A stretch of 64,000 bases of DNA from Vermamoeba vermiformis. Taxonomy: Eukaryota. Shown one piece after another: positions 13,501 to 25,586 of the stretch. Below the pieces are notes generated by a model. That model was not told the DNA's origin, did not search any database, and saw nothing but the letters and a program-made list of their open reading frames with translations. How positions within the stretch are numbered: the stretch's first letter is position 1; each line of letters starts with the position of its first letter. The stretch covers positions 248,001-312,000 of the forward strand of contig JBEWZL010000102.1 in the NCBI GenBank assembly GCA_045837725.1, written 5' to 3'. The position numbers and the translations under genes are program-made.

Positions 13501-14608
13501 GGCCCTCAGTGCCACCAGGTACAGCGATCAACAAGTGCGAACTGTTGTCAATGTCGTCACTCCACTTGCGCACCACATTGTTCAAGCCCAAGTCGAGTTC
13601 ATAGAATGCCAATTTCTACACGCGCAGTCAGTAGCTGTCCAGCGATGATTGGTCAATATGCACTGCTTACCTTGGTGGCTTGATTGATTGCCGCACCAGT
13701 GCTGTCATTGTCAGCCTCAGAGTAGTCGAGTTCAATGGCTGCAAAGACCGGATTGTCATACGCGACATCGAGACCAGTGATGGAGAAGGTGATGTTGTGT
13801 GACTTGTGTGCTTCGAGGGGCGATGAGATGGCGAGTTTGTTGGCTGCATCGCGGTTCAAAATGTACACAAACTTTTGTTTCTCCACCGCAGCTGTGAGCA
13901 GGCATTAGTACACTGCAGTTAAGTAATATTGCAATAGCCTTACCAATCATCATAGCACGACCTTTAGGATCTGTAGCAATCATCTATTAATAGAGCACAT
14001 TAGTGTTAGTGTGGGTAATAACAAGTAAAATCAGCACGTACCTGACCCGGCACAATACGACGACAGCCAGATCTGCCGAATGTCTCTTGATGTACTCGCT
14101 CAAATCTGTTCTTGTCGTTGTTGTATTCGAGAATGACAATGCGACCTGAATCAGAGCCCACTAATACGTAGTCGCGACCTCCACCTAAGGATAAAATAAT
14201 ATTTAGGATCTGCCCGCCATTACTCCATGAAAGCGTATAATTTTGTATAAATAATTCACAAAATTGTTTGCAGATTATTTTATGCAAGAGCTACGCGTAG
14301 CGCTTTTATTTGCGTTACTAAAACGGATGAATTTATTTTAATATGAAAAAATTGTGGATAAATGTTATAAATAATTTATAAAATTAGCATTACTTACCAG
14401 GAAGACGGAATGCTGAAATAGAACGAATAATTCCAAACACATCAACGGATGAGACAGTTTGAAGTTTTCCAGATTCGTCAACTCTTGCTAAATCGAGTAC
14501 ACGTCCTCTGTTAATAACAAGCTCTTGCGCTTTAGTTGCTGAAAAGTTGCCATACACTGCTTGGACGATCGCAGTGGGCTTCTGTAACGTGAACGAATAT
14601 AAGAACAT
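10561..14608 (-). CDS. SF3B3: Splicing factor 3B subunit 3 (Rse1/SAP130)
   Basis: [74 protein letters not shown]. Confidence 0.98.
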
Positions 14609-14907
14609 GGCTTGGTGATGGTCCGAGTTGGTGGCTTGTTATTTATTTCGCTGGTCTATCAATAAGTGCACTTGTGGTGTCAAGCCTTGTTCACGATCAA
14701 CAAATCTGCTAAGAAAAGTTTTTGCGATAAGGCCGAACAAAGCCCGCGATATTTTTAGTGGGCAAACTGACCAAACCATTATAATGCAACTGAAATAACA
14801 ACAAAGGGTGTATTAATCACATTTATTATTGCATGCTTGAGAACAGATCACAATAGCTCGTGATTAGACGAGACTAAAGCATCCTTATTCAACTCGGTAC
14901 CACGTAT

Positions 14908-16688
14908 TTAATAGAACTCATCATCGACATCGTCCTCTTCAAGTGCTTTGGCGAATTCTTCTTCAGCCTTCTCGCGCTCAATGCGCTCCTCTTCAGTCTC
15001 AGTGTCCTTCTTGTACGCACTGGGAGGATAGCGCATGGCCTTGACTGCCTCGTTGTGAATGCCCAAGCACGAAGAGATGCGCGCATTGAAGGCATTCTGT
15101 GGCTCAGTCGAGGCGTAGATGTCAACAGTCTCGCGTGATTGCAAGTAGCCGCCCTCGTGGTTGATGGTGGCATCGATAATCTGATCGCGAATAGCTTTGG
15201 CCACGATGAACTCGGCGTCGACTGCGCTCTCAAGGTGCAACTTGTCGCAAATGTCCTTGAATGAAATGCGCGAGTACGACAAGGAGATCTTGCGCAGACC
15301 AGTCTTGATGACGGACATGCGCAATCTCTGCACGAGATTGTAGTTCTTGTCTTGACGGAACACATTGGCACTGCTCTCCACCACCTTCTGGAAGGCACCC
15401 AAGTCACCACGGCGCACAGCTTGAGTGAGCTCGAAGTACGGCTTCAACACAGTCTTGAGACCGGCTTGACGGAATGTACTGCGCTCAGGGATCTCACCAG
15501 TCAACAGCTGCACAATGCACAACAACTTGATCGCTGTGGCACGGAATCCGCGAGCAGCACTGGTGGGGGCCTTGCGCAGAGCTTGTTGCAAGTACTCATA
15601 GGCCTCAGTGTAGTTGAGTTGAACGGCCTTAATGCGACCCTGATAGTAGTAATAGCGCGCCAATTCGTTCGATGAAGCACCTTCTTCGCGGAAGTCAGTC
15701 TTACTGGCCAACTTCTCAGCTTGGTCGTAGAGATTGTAGTGCAAGTAGTTTCGCAGCAACAGCGTCAACAAAGTGCCTTGACCGTCAAAGTTGTGGCGCA
15801 ATGTAGCGGTACGTTGAGCAGCCAAGAGTTTGCTGTGCATAGTATGTCAGTCACCTGATCAGCGAACACTATATTGAGCCGATTTAAGGTACCTTCTAAT
15901 ATCAGCCAATCGTCCAGCGAGTTCGTAAGCACGCGAGAAGTAGAAGTAGACCTTGGAGCTGAGCGGATCAAGAGTGCGTCTGTTCCACTTCTCGAGCTTG
16001 TCAACGAGGTCAGTGGCACAAGCTACGATGCGATCAACAGGGGACTTGTTGTCAATCAAGTACAGCAACACTAACAAGTGCAAATACACATCCGCTTCGG
16101 GTTGTAATTCTTTGTGCTTGGCATCGATTTCCATAGATTGAACATCATCGACCTATCAATTGCATTAATAATCATATTTCCAAGCTTGATTACCAAAGAA
16201 ATCAAGCGGTCCTCTTGAATTTTAGTTTGAACAACTTTTAAAAATACTACAAAAATTCAGGAATACATACCTTCGGCAAATAAGCCAATAATTGTTGTTT
16301 GTGAGACTGGTCCACATAATTTGAATTTATTAATTGAGTAAGCAACTTGGGTTGCAATTTTCTTCGCAACTTGGCGAAAGTGTGTCGTAGTGTTCTGTAA
16401 ATATTTCTGCTGTCCTTAGTGTCACCAGCAACCTTCAATTTGTTGACGTGCTTTTGCAAGTCTTATATTAAATAATTAGTAATTTAGAATTTGAAAATAA
16501 AAATTTTGAATCAGAAAAACTTTTCACTCTTCATTTGAATTAACACTAAATTGTCAATTATAATATTTACCTGCTAATAACATAGCCTCCAATTCGGCAG
16601 GTGTCTTTTCTTTTTCCTTCTCTGGTTGTGCCTTTTCCTTGTTGGCATCCACATCTTTCATTTCAACATCCTTAGTAGCGGTCGCCAT
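14908..16688 (-). CDS. PSMD3: 26S proteasome lid subunit RPN3
   Basis: [53 protein letters not shown]. Confidence 0.97.
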
Positions 16689-16883
16689 TGTATCAAGCCG
16701 ATATACTGAGTGTTAATAAATGGGCTATTGACTTTGCTGTGTCAGAAATAAAATAATTATGCGTGATGAAAAATTTGTCGAGCAAAGACAGGAGGAAAAA
16801 AGCACGTGGCCTCGACAAGGATAGAAATTTAGCGATTGATAAATCTCCCTATTGTTATCTAGTAACTATTGCGGTGTACAACC

Positions 16884-17981
16884 ATGGCTGAAGGAAATTC
16901 TGATTTATTGGTCAAAATACAAGATCAAGTGGCGTATGTCACATTTAATCGTCCAACTAAAGGTATTTTAGTTAAACTGAGCTTTTCTATATAGTTTATT
17001 AATTAGATTTAATCAAGTAAGCGCACGATTAATTCTGCCTGTTACTGTATCGCAAATTAAATTACGAAAATAATCTAAATAATTGATACCTCAGGCAACT
17101 CATTAAGTCCTGACATGGTTGGTAAGTTCGTCGATGAGCTCGCGAAGATTGACAAAAACAACGACGTCCGAGTGGTTGTATTGACTGGATCTGGCAAATA
17201 TTTTTGTTCCGGTATGGATTTGGGAGGTGCTTCAAATATTTCAAAGGGCGAAGGTGGCTCTACAACATTCGATGATGTGGCTAACAGAGGTAATTTGCTA
17301 AATTAACGATCACAAGAGAAAACCTCGTAATCCGACCCTCAACTTCAAAGGTTCCAAGCTTTTTACCGCAATGACTACGCTTTCCAAGCCAATCATTTCG
17401 ATACTTAATGGCCCAGCACTCGGAGGAGGTGTCGGCATCGTGTTTGCATCGGATATTAGAATTGGTGGGTACGATCTACCAACCGCGTCCAAACTGACTT
17501 GAGGGCAGGGCTTTCTGATGTTTGGTTCCAAACTCCTGAAGTGAAGCGTGGCATTGCACCCGCATTCATCTCGGCCTTCATTACTCCTCAACTAGGTACG
17601 TCGTGGAAGAAAATTTAGCCATCTAATCTGACAATATCTGCAGGATCGTTTAAATCAATGGAATTTTTGATGACCGGAAGAAAAGTCAGCATTCAAGATG
17701 CTTCTACCATGGGTTTTATCACCAGAATTTGCAAAACAAACGAGGAAATGAATGAAGTAGCTAAATCCTACATTACCGACTTTATCGAAGCTGCTCCTGG
17801 GGCTCTTGCTCGTACTAAGAAGCTAATTCACTTTGTTAACAATCATTCGTTCGAAGAAAACATTGAAGCAGCGAAGAAAGCTTTCGTCGAGACCGTCAGC
17901 GGAGATGAAGCTAAATTCGGTATGATGGCCTTTTTGCAACGTCAAAAAGCTGACTGGAGGCAACTCCAAGCAAAGTTATAA
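16884..17981 (+). CDS. Enoyl-CoA hydratase/crotonase family (methylglutaconyl-CoA hydratase-like)
   Basis: FNRP..GNSL, VVVLTGSGKYFCSGMDL, NGPALGGGVG...SD, PEVKRG. Ends AKL* (PTS1-like). Confidence 0.9.
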
Positions 17982-18008
17982 TAAAACTAACCCCAGATGA
18001 CCTTCACA

Positions 18009-18108
18009 TTCAAATCTGAGTGGATTTTTCCTTTCCAAACGTTTCCCGCCCAAACCAACTAGCCGTTAGAACCGAAAACTATAAATTAGTTTGCTCAGCC
18101 CAGCCAAT
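18009..18108 (+). promoter_or_regulatory. CDC20 promoter with CHR-, E2F-, MSA/Myb- and CCAAT-like motifs
   Basis: TTCAAA 18009, TTTCCCGC 18042, AGCCGTTAGA 18061, CCAAT 18104. Confidence 0.5.
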
Positions 18109-18148
18109 TTTCATTATCGAACTATACAATCCACAACACATTACAACC

Positions 18149-19500
18149 ATGTACCAATCAGACGATTCTGACCGTTTCATTCCCAATCGCTCTGCGATGG
18201 ATATTGAAGTTGGTCACTTCAACTTGATGAAAGAAAATATGGGCGAGTGCAGCCCCTCCAAGCAACAATACAAAGAAGAGCTTGCCAACAGTTTGTTCCA
18301 AGGCTCCAAGGTCGACGAGCTCAAGATCTTGGCTCTCAAGAACAAAGCTCCTGCTCCCAAGGAAGGCTTCCAAAACAGATTGCGAGTTTTGTACACTCAA
18401 AACAGCGTCGACCCCCAACACGTGAAGAAACAAGCTGCTCGTTACCTCCCACAAACTTCAGAACGCGTTTTGGATGCTCCTGATCTCCTTAACGACTACT
18501 ATTTGAATTTGCTCGACTGGTCTTCCTCCAATTTGCTTGCTGTTGCTCTTGGTCAATCTTTGTACGTATGGAACGCCACTACTTCAGAGATTACCAAGTT
18601 GCTCGAGTTTGACGGAGTGCCCATCACATCCGTTGCTTGGATGAACTCAGGCTCTCATATTGGTAAGTGCGAGCGATGAGTAATATTTGGGCGCATTTCT
18701 GACTTTAATTTGCAGCAATTGGCACAGACAGCAGCGAAGTTCAATTGTGGGACGTCACTAAGGGCAAGCAAGTCCGTACCTTCAAGGGCCACCAATCACG
18801 TGTTGGCGCTCTCGCTTGGAACTCATTCGTGCTCTCCACTGGCAGTCGCGACAACAACATCATGAACTTTGATGTTCGTCAAGCTCAAGCGCACTTGTCT
18901 ACCTGGACTGCTCACACTCAAGAGGTCTGCGGTCTCAAGTGGAGTCACGACGGCACTCAGCTCGCTTCTGGCGGCAACGACAACTTGCTCAATATCTGGG
19001 AGATGAACCAACAGACCCCCAAGTTCACTCTCACCGAACACTGCGGCGCTGTGAAGGCCTTGTCTTGGTGCCCGTGGCAGCCGAACTTGCTGGCCTCTGG
19101 TGGTGGTACTAGTGATCGCACCATTCGCTTCTGGAACACTCAGACTGGTGTGTGCATGAACCAGATCGACACCGAGAGTCAAGTGTGCGCCATCGAGTGG
19201 TCGACACAGTACAAGGAGCTCATCTCCAGCCACGGATTTGCCAAGAATCAACTCTGCGTGTGGAAGTACCCCAGCTTGGTCAAGGTCGGTGAAATGTTGG
19301 GCCATCAAGCACGTGTCTTGCACATGAGCCTCAGCCCCGACGGCCAAACTGTTGTCTCTGCATCAGCTGATGAGACTTTGCGTTTCTGGCGCGTCTGGCA
19401 ACCTAAGGAGACCAAGCCTGTTTCTGCTGTCGCCACTAAGGCTGGTCACCTCACTGTCAAGCAGCCCGGCAAGCGTATGTCCATGAACAAGATCCGCTAA
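18149..19500 (+). CDS. CDC20: APC/C activator CDC20/Fizzy
   Basis: C-box DRFIPNR, KEN, KILAL MIM-like motif, LDAP..DYYLNLLDW, WD40s, IR tail. One intron at about 18663-18715. Confidence 0.97.
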
Positions 19501-19611
19501 AGGGGATTGAGACGGCTAATTATTTAGCATTTAATCTATTTGCATTGTCAACACGTCTCTCTCCTCTTCAGGTAAGACTCAGTTGACTCTGCAAAGTTTT
19601 CTTATTCGTAG

Positions 19612-19790
19612 TGCGTGCATGACGCTGTACCGGCCTTCATCAGGGCCCGAAGTCGCGAGACTTTGACAGGTGACAGTTGCGTGTCGCGCCTTGACACTCG
19701 AGCTAAGGTCATTGTGGCCCGGAGCTCGTGTCCAACTTCAGACCGAAGGTTCTAATCTGTGACGCCTCCCTTCGGATCAATAACATCGCT
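19612..19790 (+). ncRNA. Candidate multi-hairpin RNA, unassigned
   Basis: Four consecutive stem-loops, including a GCGA tetraloop, in a GC-rich intergenic island. Confidence 0.35.
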
Positions 19791-20181
19791 AGTATATAAT
19801 AATACTTGATAGTATTTTGTATTTCTGTGGCAAGGTAGTTGACTAAATTAGTGTTCCGAACTATAATAACGATGCTTTTATTTCATTGCGCCGTGTGCGC
19901 TTAGAGATAATACGCAATAATAACATAACCACTAGGAAAGTATATTGTTTTTAGTACGAAATCAGTGCGTGACTAATCTTTTGTTTTAAATTTGTCGGCT
20001 CTTGCCACTTTTTAAGCGGTGTTTCTCAACACCCTTCTTTGAATGAATTTATCAACGCTGTCCTGTATTGCTTGTTTGTTGTATTAATGATACAATACCC
20101 ATTCCATTTTTTTTTTTTGAGTTTGTTTGCGCGTGCGTGATATTTTGTTCATTCCAATTGATTTTCTCAACGAGCAACACT

Positions 20182-21241
20182 ATGGGTGATCCGTGGGCCG
20201 ATGATCACGATAAAGTCATTCGTAGCAGTGATCCTTTAAATGAAGCAAGTGAAGATATTTCGAAGATCTCTAGAAATGTCAAACAGTTAGAAACGAATCT
20301 CAGTTTGCTTGGCACCCGAAGGGATACTCAAGATTTAAGACGACAAAACAATGAATTAAGAACACAAACTACTAATCTGGCCAATAAAGTGAAGACTACG
20401 TTAAATTCGGTTGCGCAATCTTCAGGCAAGAAAACAAAATTGATTGCAGATCTGAAGGCAGTGGTTGCAGATTTTGAACGAGTATCCCAGAATGGCGTTA
20501 ATCGCGAAAAGGAAATATTGACATATATGCGCACGTCTTTGGGAGGTAAGCTGAAAGATACTCCTGATGCGTTATGTTTTTTAATTAACGTCAACACGGA
20601 ATACCCGATGCATCATGATTATTAGATTAATTTAATGATGATTTTTAATTTAATTTAATTGTTTGATGATTTTCGGGATCGATCCACCGCGACAATATTG
20701 ACCTATGTTCGTATTTACAGAAACTGATCGTAACAGTGTTCAACAAATGAAACAAGAGCTCAAAATTGAAGAAATAGATGTAGATAAATTGCTTGTGGAG
20801 CAGCGAAACAAAGAACTGATCCAAGCTGAACAACAGCTGCGCGACTTGGTAAGTGCTTTGTGCCATTATTATACCGCTACGTACCTTACATCGTTCTTTA
20901 TTTAGGCGGAGATTAACAATCAGATCCGAGACAAAGTTGCTGACAGTGGAGTTCAAATTCAAGCGATTGATAACAACGTGGGCCAAATTGACCGCGACAT
21001 TGAGAAGGGTGTTAATGAACAGAAGAAGGTGCGTACGAGACATTAGCTAACTTATATGATACTAATGTACCATTCCCAGGCCTCCAAGTACATGTGCGGT
21101 ATTCGCAAGAAGATCTTCATCATTATCATTATCTGCATATGCATTGCTATTGTCCTCGCGGTCATCTTGGCTGCAACACTCTCCACACTCTTGCCGAAGG
21201 GTTCTCCCGCACCAGGCGCCCCCACTGGTCCTCCTGCTTGA
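20182..21241 (+). CDS. Syntaxin (Q-SNARE, syntaxin-7/12-like)
   Basis: LGTRRDTQDLR Habc region, SNARE helix with Q (DSGVQIQAIDNNV), C-terminal TM helix. 3 introns. Confidence 0.8.
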
Positions 21242-21334
21242 GCGCTCAAGCACCTCACTGTAAATTAATATACTTATATTGTTCAACTCCGCGGCTATTT
21301 TAGTTCTATTTACAAGGATATTTAACTGCTCTTA

Positions 21335-23026
21335 TTATCCGCTTGTGCTTTGTGTTCCCTTTCACACGCCTTGCCTGCTTCATAACGACGTTTGCCCTCC
21401 AGATACTGTGACAAGTCAGAGACATATTCAAGTGTCATTTAATATAATATCTTACCTTCATTGCGTCCTCATATTTGGTGAATAAGACTTGTTTGGTGGG
21501 TAATCTGGTCGTGAAAGTGAAGTGGAATGTGTTGGTGGTCTGTGAAGTCTGTTTGATTGGATCAACTACATCCGTCTTCACCAGCACTTGTATTGAATTG
21601 TTTTCGGTGAATACAATCACTATACAGCATTAGGATATTATATAATGTGATCGTGTGCAGTGGTACGTACTCGAGTTAAATATGCAGACAGTACCAATAT
21701 CGACAGGGGCAATGAAGTTGATCTCATCGACAGCTCGGAACATGGTGGGCACACCACTGAATAAGAACGCTGTGGCCCATGCTTGTTCTGTACAAGCATT
21801 AGAATGTGAATGCTAGCGAAGCGCTGACGTACCATAGGCGAGTCTCATGAGATAACCTCCGAAGACTTTGTTGTGGATGTTACGCTTTTGCGGGTGCATG
21901 ACAATCATGGACTGATAGGCCGTTGATGACATGTCAACCTCTGTGGCAGTCTTGCCTTTGTTCATGAACAGATTGTGCAGCAACAAGCGCTCTTCGACTG
22001 TTGGTGGTTTGAGTGTGAGTGACTCTTGCACTCTCTTCTTGCGCAGTTCACGTGACTCTATTGATAGAATGAGTTACGCTGCTTATCAACAATATCTGTT
22101 ATGCATGTACATACCAATGGCTCGCTGATGAAGAGCTTTTTCTTCATCAGTGACAGGTGTCAAAGGTGCAATTCCTTGATAAGCTTTGTTATGATCACGT
22201 GCGACCATGGTCATAGAGGCCTCGATCACGCGTTCAAATCCTTTGGTCTTTCAGTGAATCGACGCGCATGTGCACTTCCATAGACGAGCGACCAACAGAG
22301 ATGACAAAGCCTTGCAGCCTCAAGTCATGAAAAGCAGAGAGGGGCTTGAACATGTCAATACGATCGCAGCTCGCAGTGACAATGGTGATCTGAGAGCCGT
22401 TCTTCTCGGGCTCCATTTTCACCTCTTGCGGGCCTCTGTCAACGGTTAGGTTTGGCAGCAACCAAAGCACTGCTATTAGTGCACGTACTTGAACGATGAG
22501 TCCTGTTGAATGAGTGTTGCAACGACCTCTTTGTCTTGACCGAGCACGTGTTTGTAGGCCACAGCACCGGCCAATCCTATTTAGGAAGGTGTGAGATTTT
22601 GAGACTTGCAGCCATTGGCACGTGGAGTGTAGCTACATACTATCAAGATCTTCTAGAATGAGGCCAATCCGTAGTTGACCGAAGTGATTGATGTACGAGG
22701 TGCGGAGGTTCTCATCTGACGAAAATCGCAATAATTTCTCTGTAAAGGAATCTTTCGGCGTTTTGGTAGAAATAGTGCCATTGGTTGATGTGCAATATGG
22801 TTTTCGCTTTTTGATATTTAAGATGAATAATTTAGACGCAGTAATTCCAGACGACGGTTTCAACTGCGAGATCTGGTAGCAATTAAAATATTAAAAATTG
22901 TCCTATTTAAATTACATTTCGATTAATTGTAGTATTTAATTTTATGCATCCTTTGATTTTTACTACATTTTTCAAGCGAGTTTTCGCTGATCTGCTTACC
23001 TTTCTTACTGCTGCCCTTAAGAACAT
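21335..23026 (-). CDS. Double hot-dog acyl-CoA thioesterase (ACOT9-like)
   Basis: YINHFGQLRIGLILEDLD, IVTASCDRI, VGRSSMEV, RNIHNKVFGGYLMRLAY, TNTFHFTF, YLEGKRR. Confidence 0.9.
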
Positions 23027-23162
23027 CTCTGACAATACGATACTATTGTTGACGTCGTAATGGATTGAATAATACGAATGTCACGGAACTGTGCGGAATG
23101 TTGTGACAAAAATCACTTGGCACGTGGCGGAGGGAGGCAATTAAAATTAAACAGGCTTGATT

Positions 23163-25180
23163 TTATTTCTTCTCTTTGTTCCAATCAACTGATTTTAGCC
23201 AAGTCTCTGCTTCTTGTAGCGTGGCATCAGGATGCTCGAGCATCCATTCGATTTGTTTCTGCAGCACGATTGAGATGATAGGCCCGGGAGACACGTTTAA
23301 CAAAGTGCACAAATTGTGACCCTATTGATAAGTGTCAGTTCTGACTATCATACGCATCAATTACATACATCGACTAAGGGCCGCATGTCCCACACGCCTT
23401 GCAGCATGTACGACTCAACTAATTGTGTGAACCGAACTACAGTGGCACAAACAGCATTGAACACTTCATCGGTCGAGTCAATGGTGTCGGACAAGAATGG
23501 ATCAATGGGCGTGAGAATGTCCGGCAACAGATCGAGCACTGAGAGCAACACCGCGTCCAAGTAGAACTCTTTTGTTTCTCGCAGGAGCAGGCCTAATTCT
23601 TTGCGCGTAATTGTGTATTCGCGCTTCTCGTTGTGGCATGCTAAAATGTCCTTGCAAATTTGTCTGAAGTGCTGCACGACTTTGGAAATCAACAAAATGT
23701 GTTCAGCGTCTTTCTTCGGGAACTAAATCAACGAGTTAGCTTGTCAATAACAAGAGTTGCTTCCGTACCTTGACAGAATGAAGAATCACGTAGTTGACCA
23801 AATGGTCTTGCCTCTTCTTAGCCGTGGTGTAAGTGAGATGTCTCAACGGCAACAGCGCCGAGCACAACATCAACAATCGACGGTCATTCACGAACCTTTC
23901 TGAAGTCAACTGTGGCAACTGCTTAGCAAGCCCTTTGATCAACAGCAAGATTTTGCGTGAGTTCTGAAGTCCTTTCACGTGCCAGAATAAATTCTCAAGT
24001 ACTGTACATTGTTAGCAGTTATTATTAGACAGATGTGCTTGCGTACCATAGTTCTTAGGCAACTCAAATACGATATCAAACAACGCCAGTTCGTGTAAAT
24101 AATTGAATGCCATGTCAGGGCGAGAACTCTTCAGCATGCCCTCGAGTTCTTTGCCAATTCTCTCGCGACTGACTTTTGTGCGTAGTGCAGCCTATTTTCA
24201 TTGATGAGCAATGTCCAGTATTGTCATCAATAACTCTACACACCTGCACTTTTTCATCTCTGGCAGCGTGCAACAGCTCAGGGTCTGGTTGGAACTGCAA
24301 TCGACACGCAAATCTAATGGCACGAAGGACACGCAACGGGTCATCGAGGAATGTTTCGAGGGGCGCTAACGGCGTGCGAATAATTCCTTGGCATAAATCT
24401 TCAATGCTCTATCTATTAATTAGCCACTAATAACACAATAGTTAACAGCATTATTCGTACGCGTCCAGTGTGATCTTCGACTTTGCCAGTGTTGATGTTG
24501 TAAAACAGCGCGTTGATCGTCAAGTCACGGCGAAATGCGTCTTCTTTTGGAGTGCCAATGCGCTGTCCAGTGCGCGGTCAATAAAGACTCATATCCTAGG
24601 ATAGCAGAGACTTACGATGGTAGGAATACGACTGTTCTCAGTGTAGCTCTCAGCTCTCAAATTGACGAAGTCAATCCACGTGCCAAACACACGCATAGTG
24701 GCTGTTTCGAGGTGCTTGGACTGTTCTGGGTTCGTTTCAATGACACCAATTGTGTGCGTCTCTTCACCTCTCTTTGCTAGCAACTCGTTTACATATTCGG
24801 CGAAGTTCTTACCCATTATATTATCGAGTGCTATATCAATATCATCGCTGGCTGATTTAAGGAGCTGTAAAGCGGTTAGGCTTGTGCAATGCCAAATTAA
24901 ATTTAAAATAATTTTTGATAAAATAATTTTAGTAATAGGCGAATAATGATAATTGAGTAATTCGAATTACAATCGAAAAAAATAAATATTTATTAATTTT
25001 TTTTTGTATTACCTTGTCTCGAACCCAACCACCTGCCACACGAAGGGTGGTATTGAGGTTAAAAACTTGAGCAACCTCCAGTAAAAATGCAAATACAATG
25101 CTCTCGTCTTTAGTAAGTGGAAAGTCTTTCAATCTGCTTTCAATCCTGTTTCTCCGTTCGTCCTGTTCAGACCTCTCCAT
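23163..25180 (-). CDS. CCA1: CCA tRNA nucleotidyltransferase
   Basis: [36 protein letters not shown]...[28 protein letters not shown]. Confidence 0.95.
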
Positions 25181-25324
25181 TATTGCGCTATTCTATTACT
25201 TGTTAAATAACTTCTGTTTCTGTCGCTTAAGGGATAAGTGTTATGCGAAATTTTCCGGATCTTGCTTCGCGTCTCTACACGAAGTGTACAATGTCAATCA
25301 AAAAGAGAGGTAATCCAGCTGCGC

Positions 25325-25325
<1 letters not shown>

Positions 25326-25360
<35 letters not shown>
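25326..25360. repeat. 35-nt poly(dT) tract
   Basis: Pure T run between the eIF5B 3' end and the CCA1 start. Confidence 0.9.
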
Positions 25361-25363
<3 letters not shown>

Positions 25364-25586
25364 TATTTTTTTGTGCCAGGTATGGGGCCTCATTCGATAA
25401 CTGTACTACTGCACCCGTGACTTATTATTACTCGACCAACGTATGCAATGTTTATACTGTAGATCAAATGTCTCAATAGCTTGTCTGCACTCCCGGCCAG
25501 GAGATCGGGTAAATGGTAGATGCAATCTCCCAAATTTTTTTATAATATTTAAATCGCTTTATTGTTATTATAATTCGTTAAATTAT

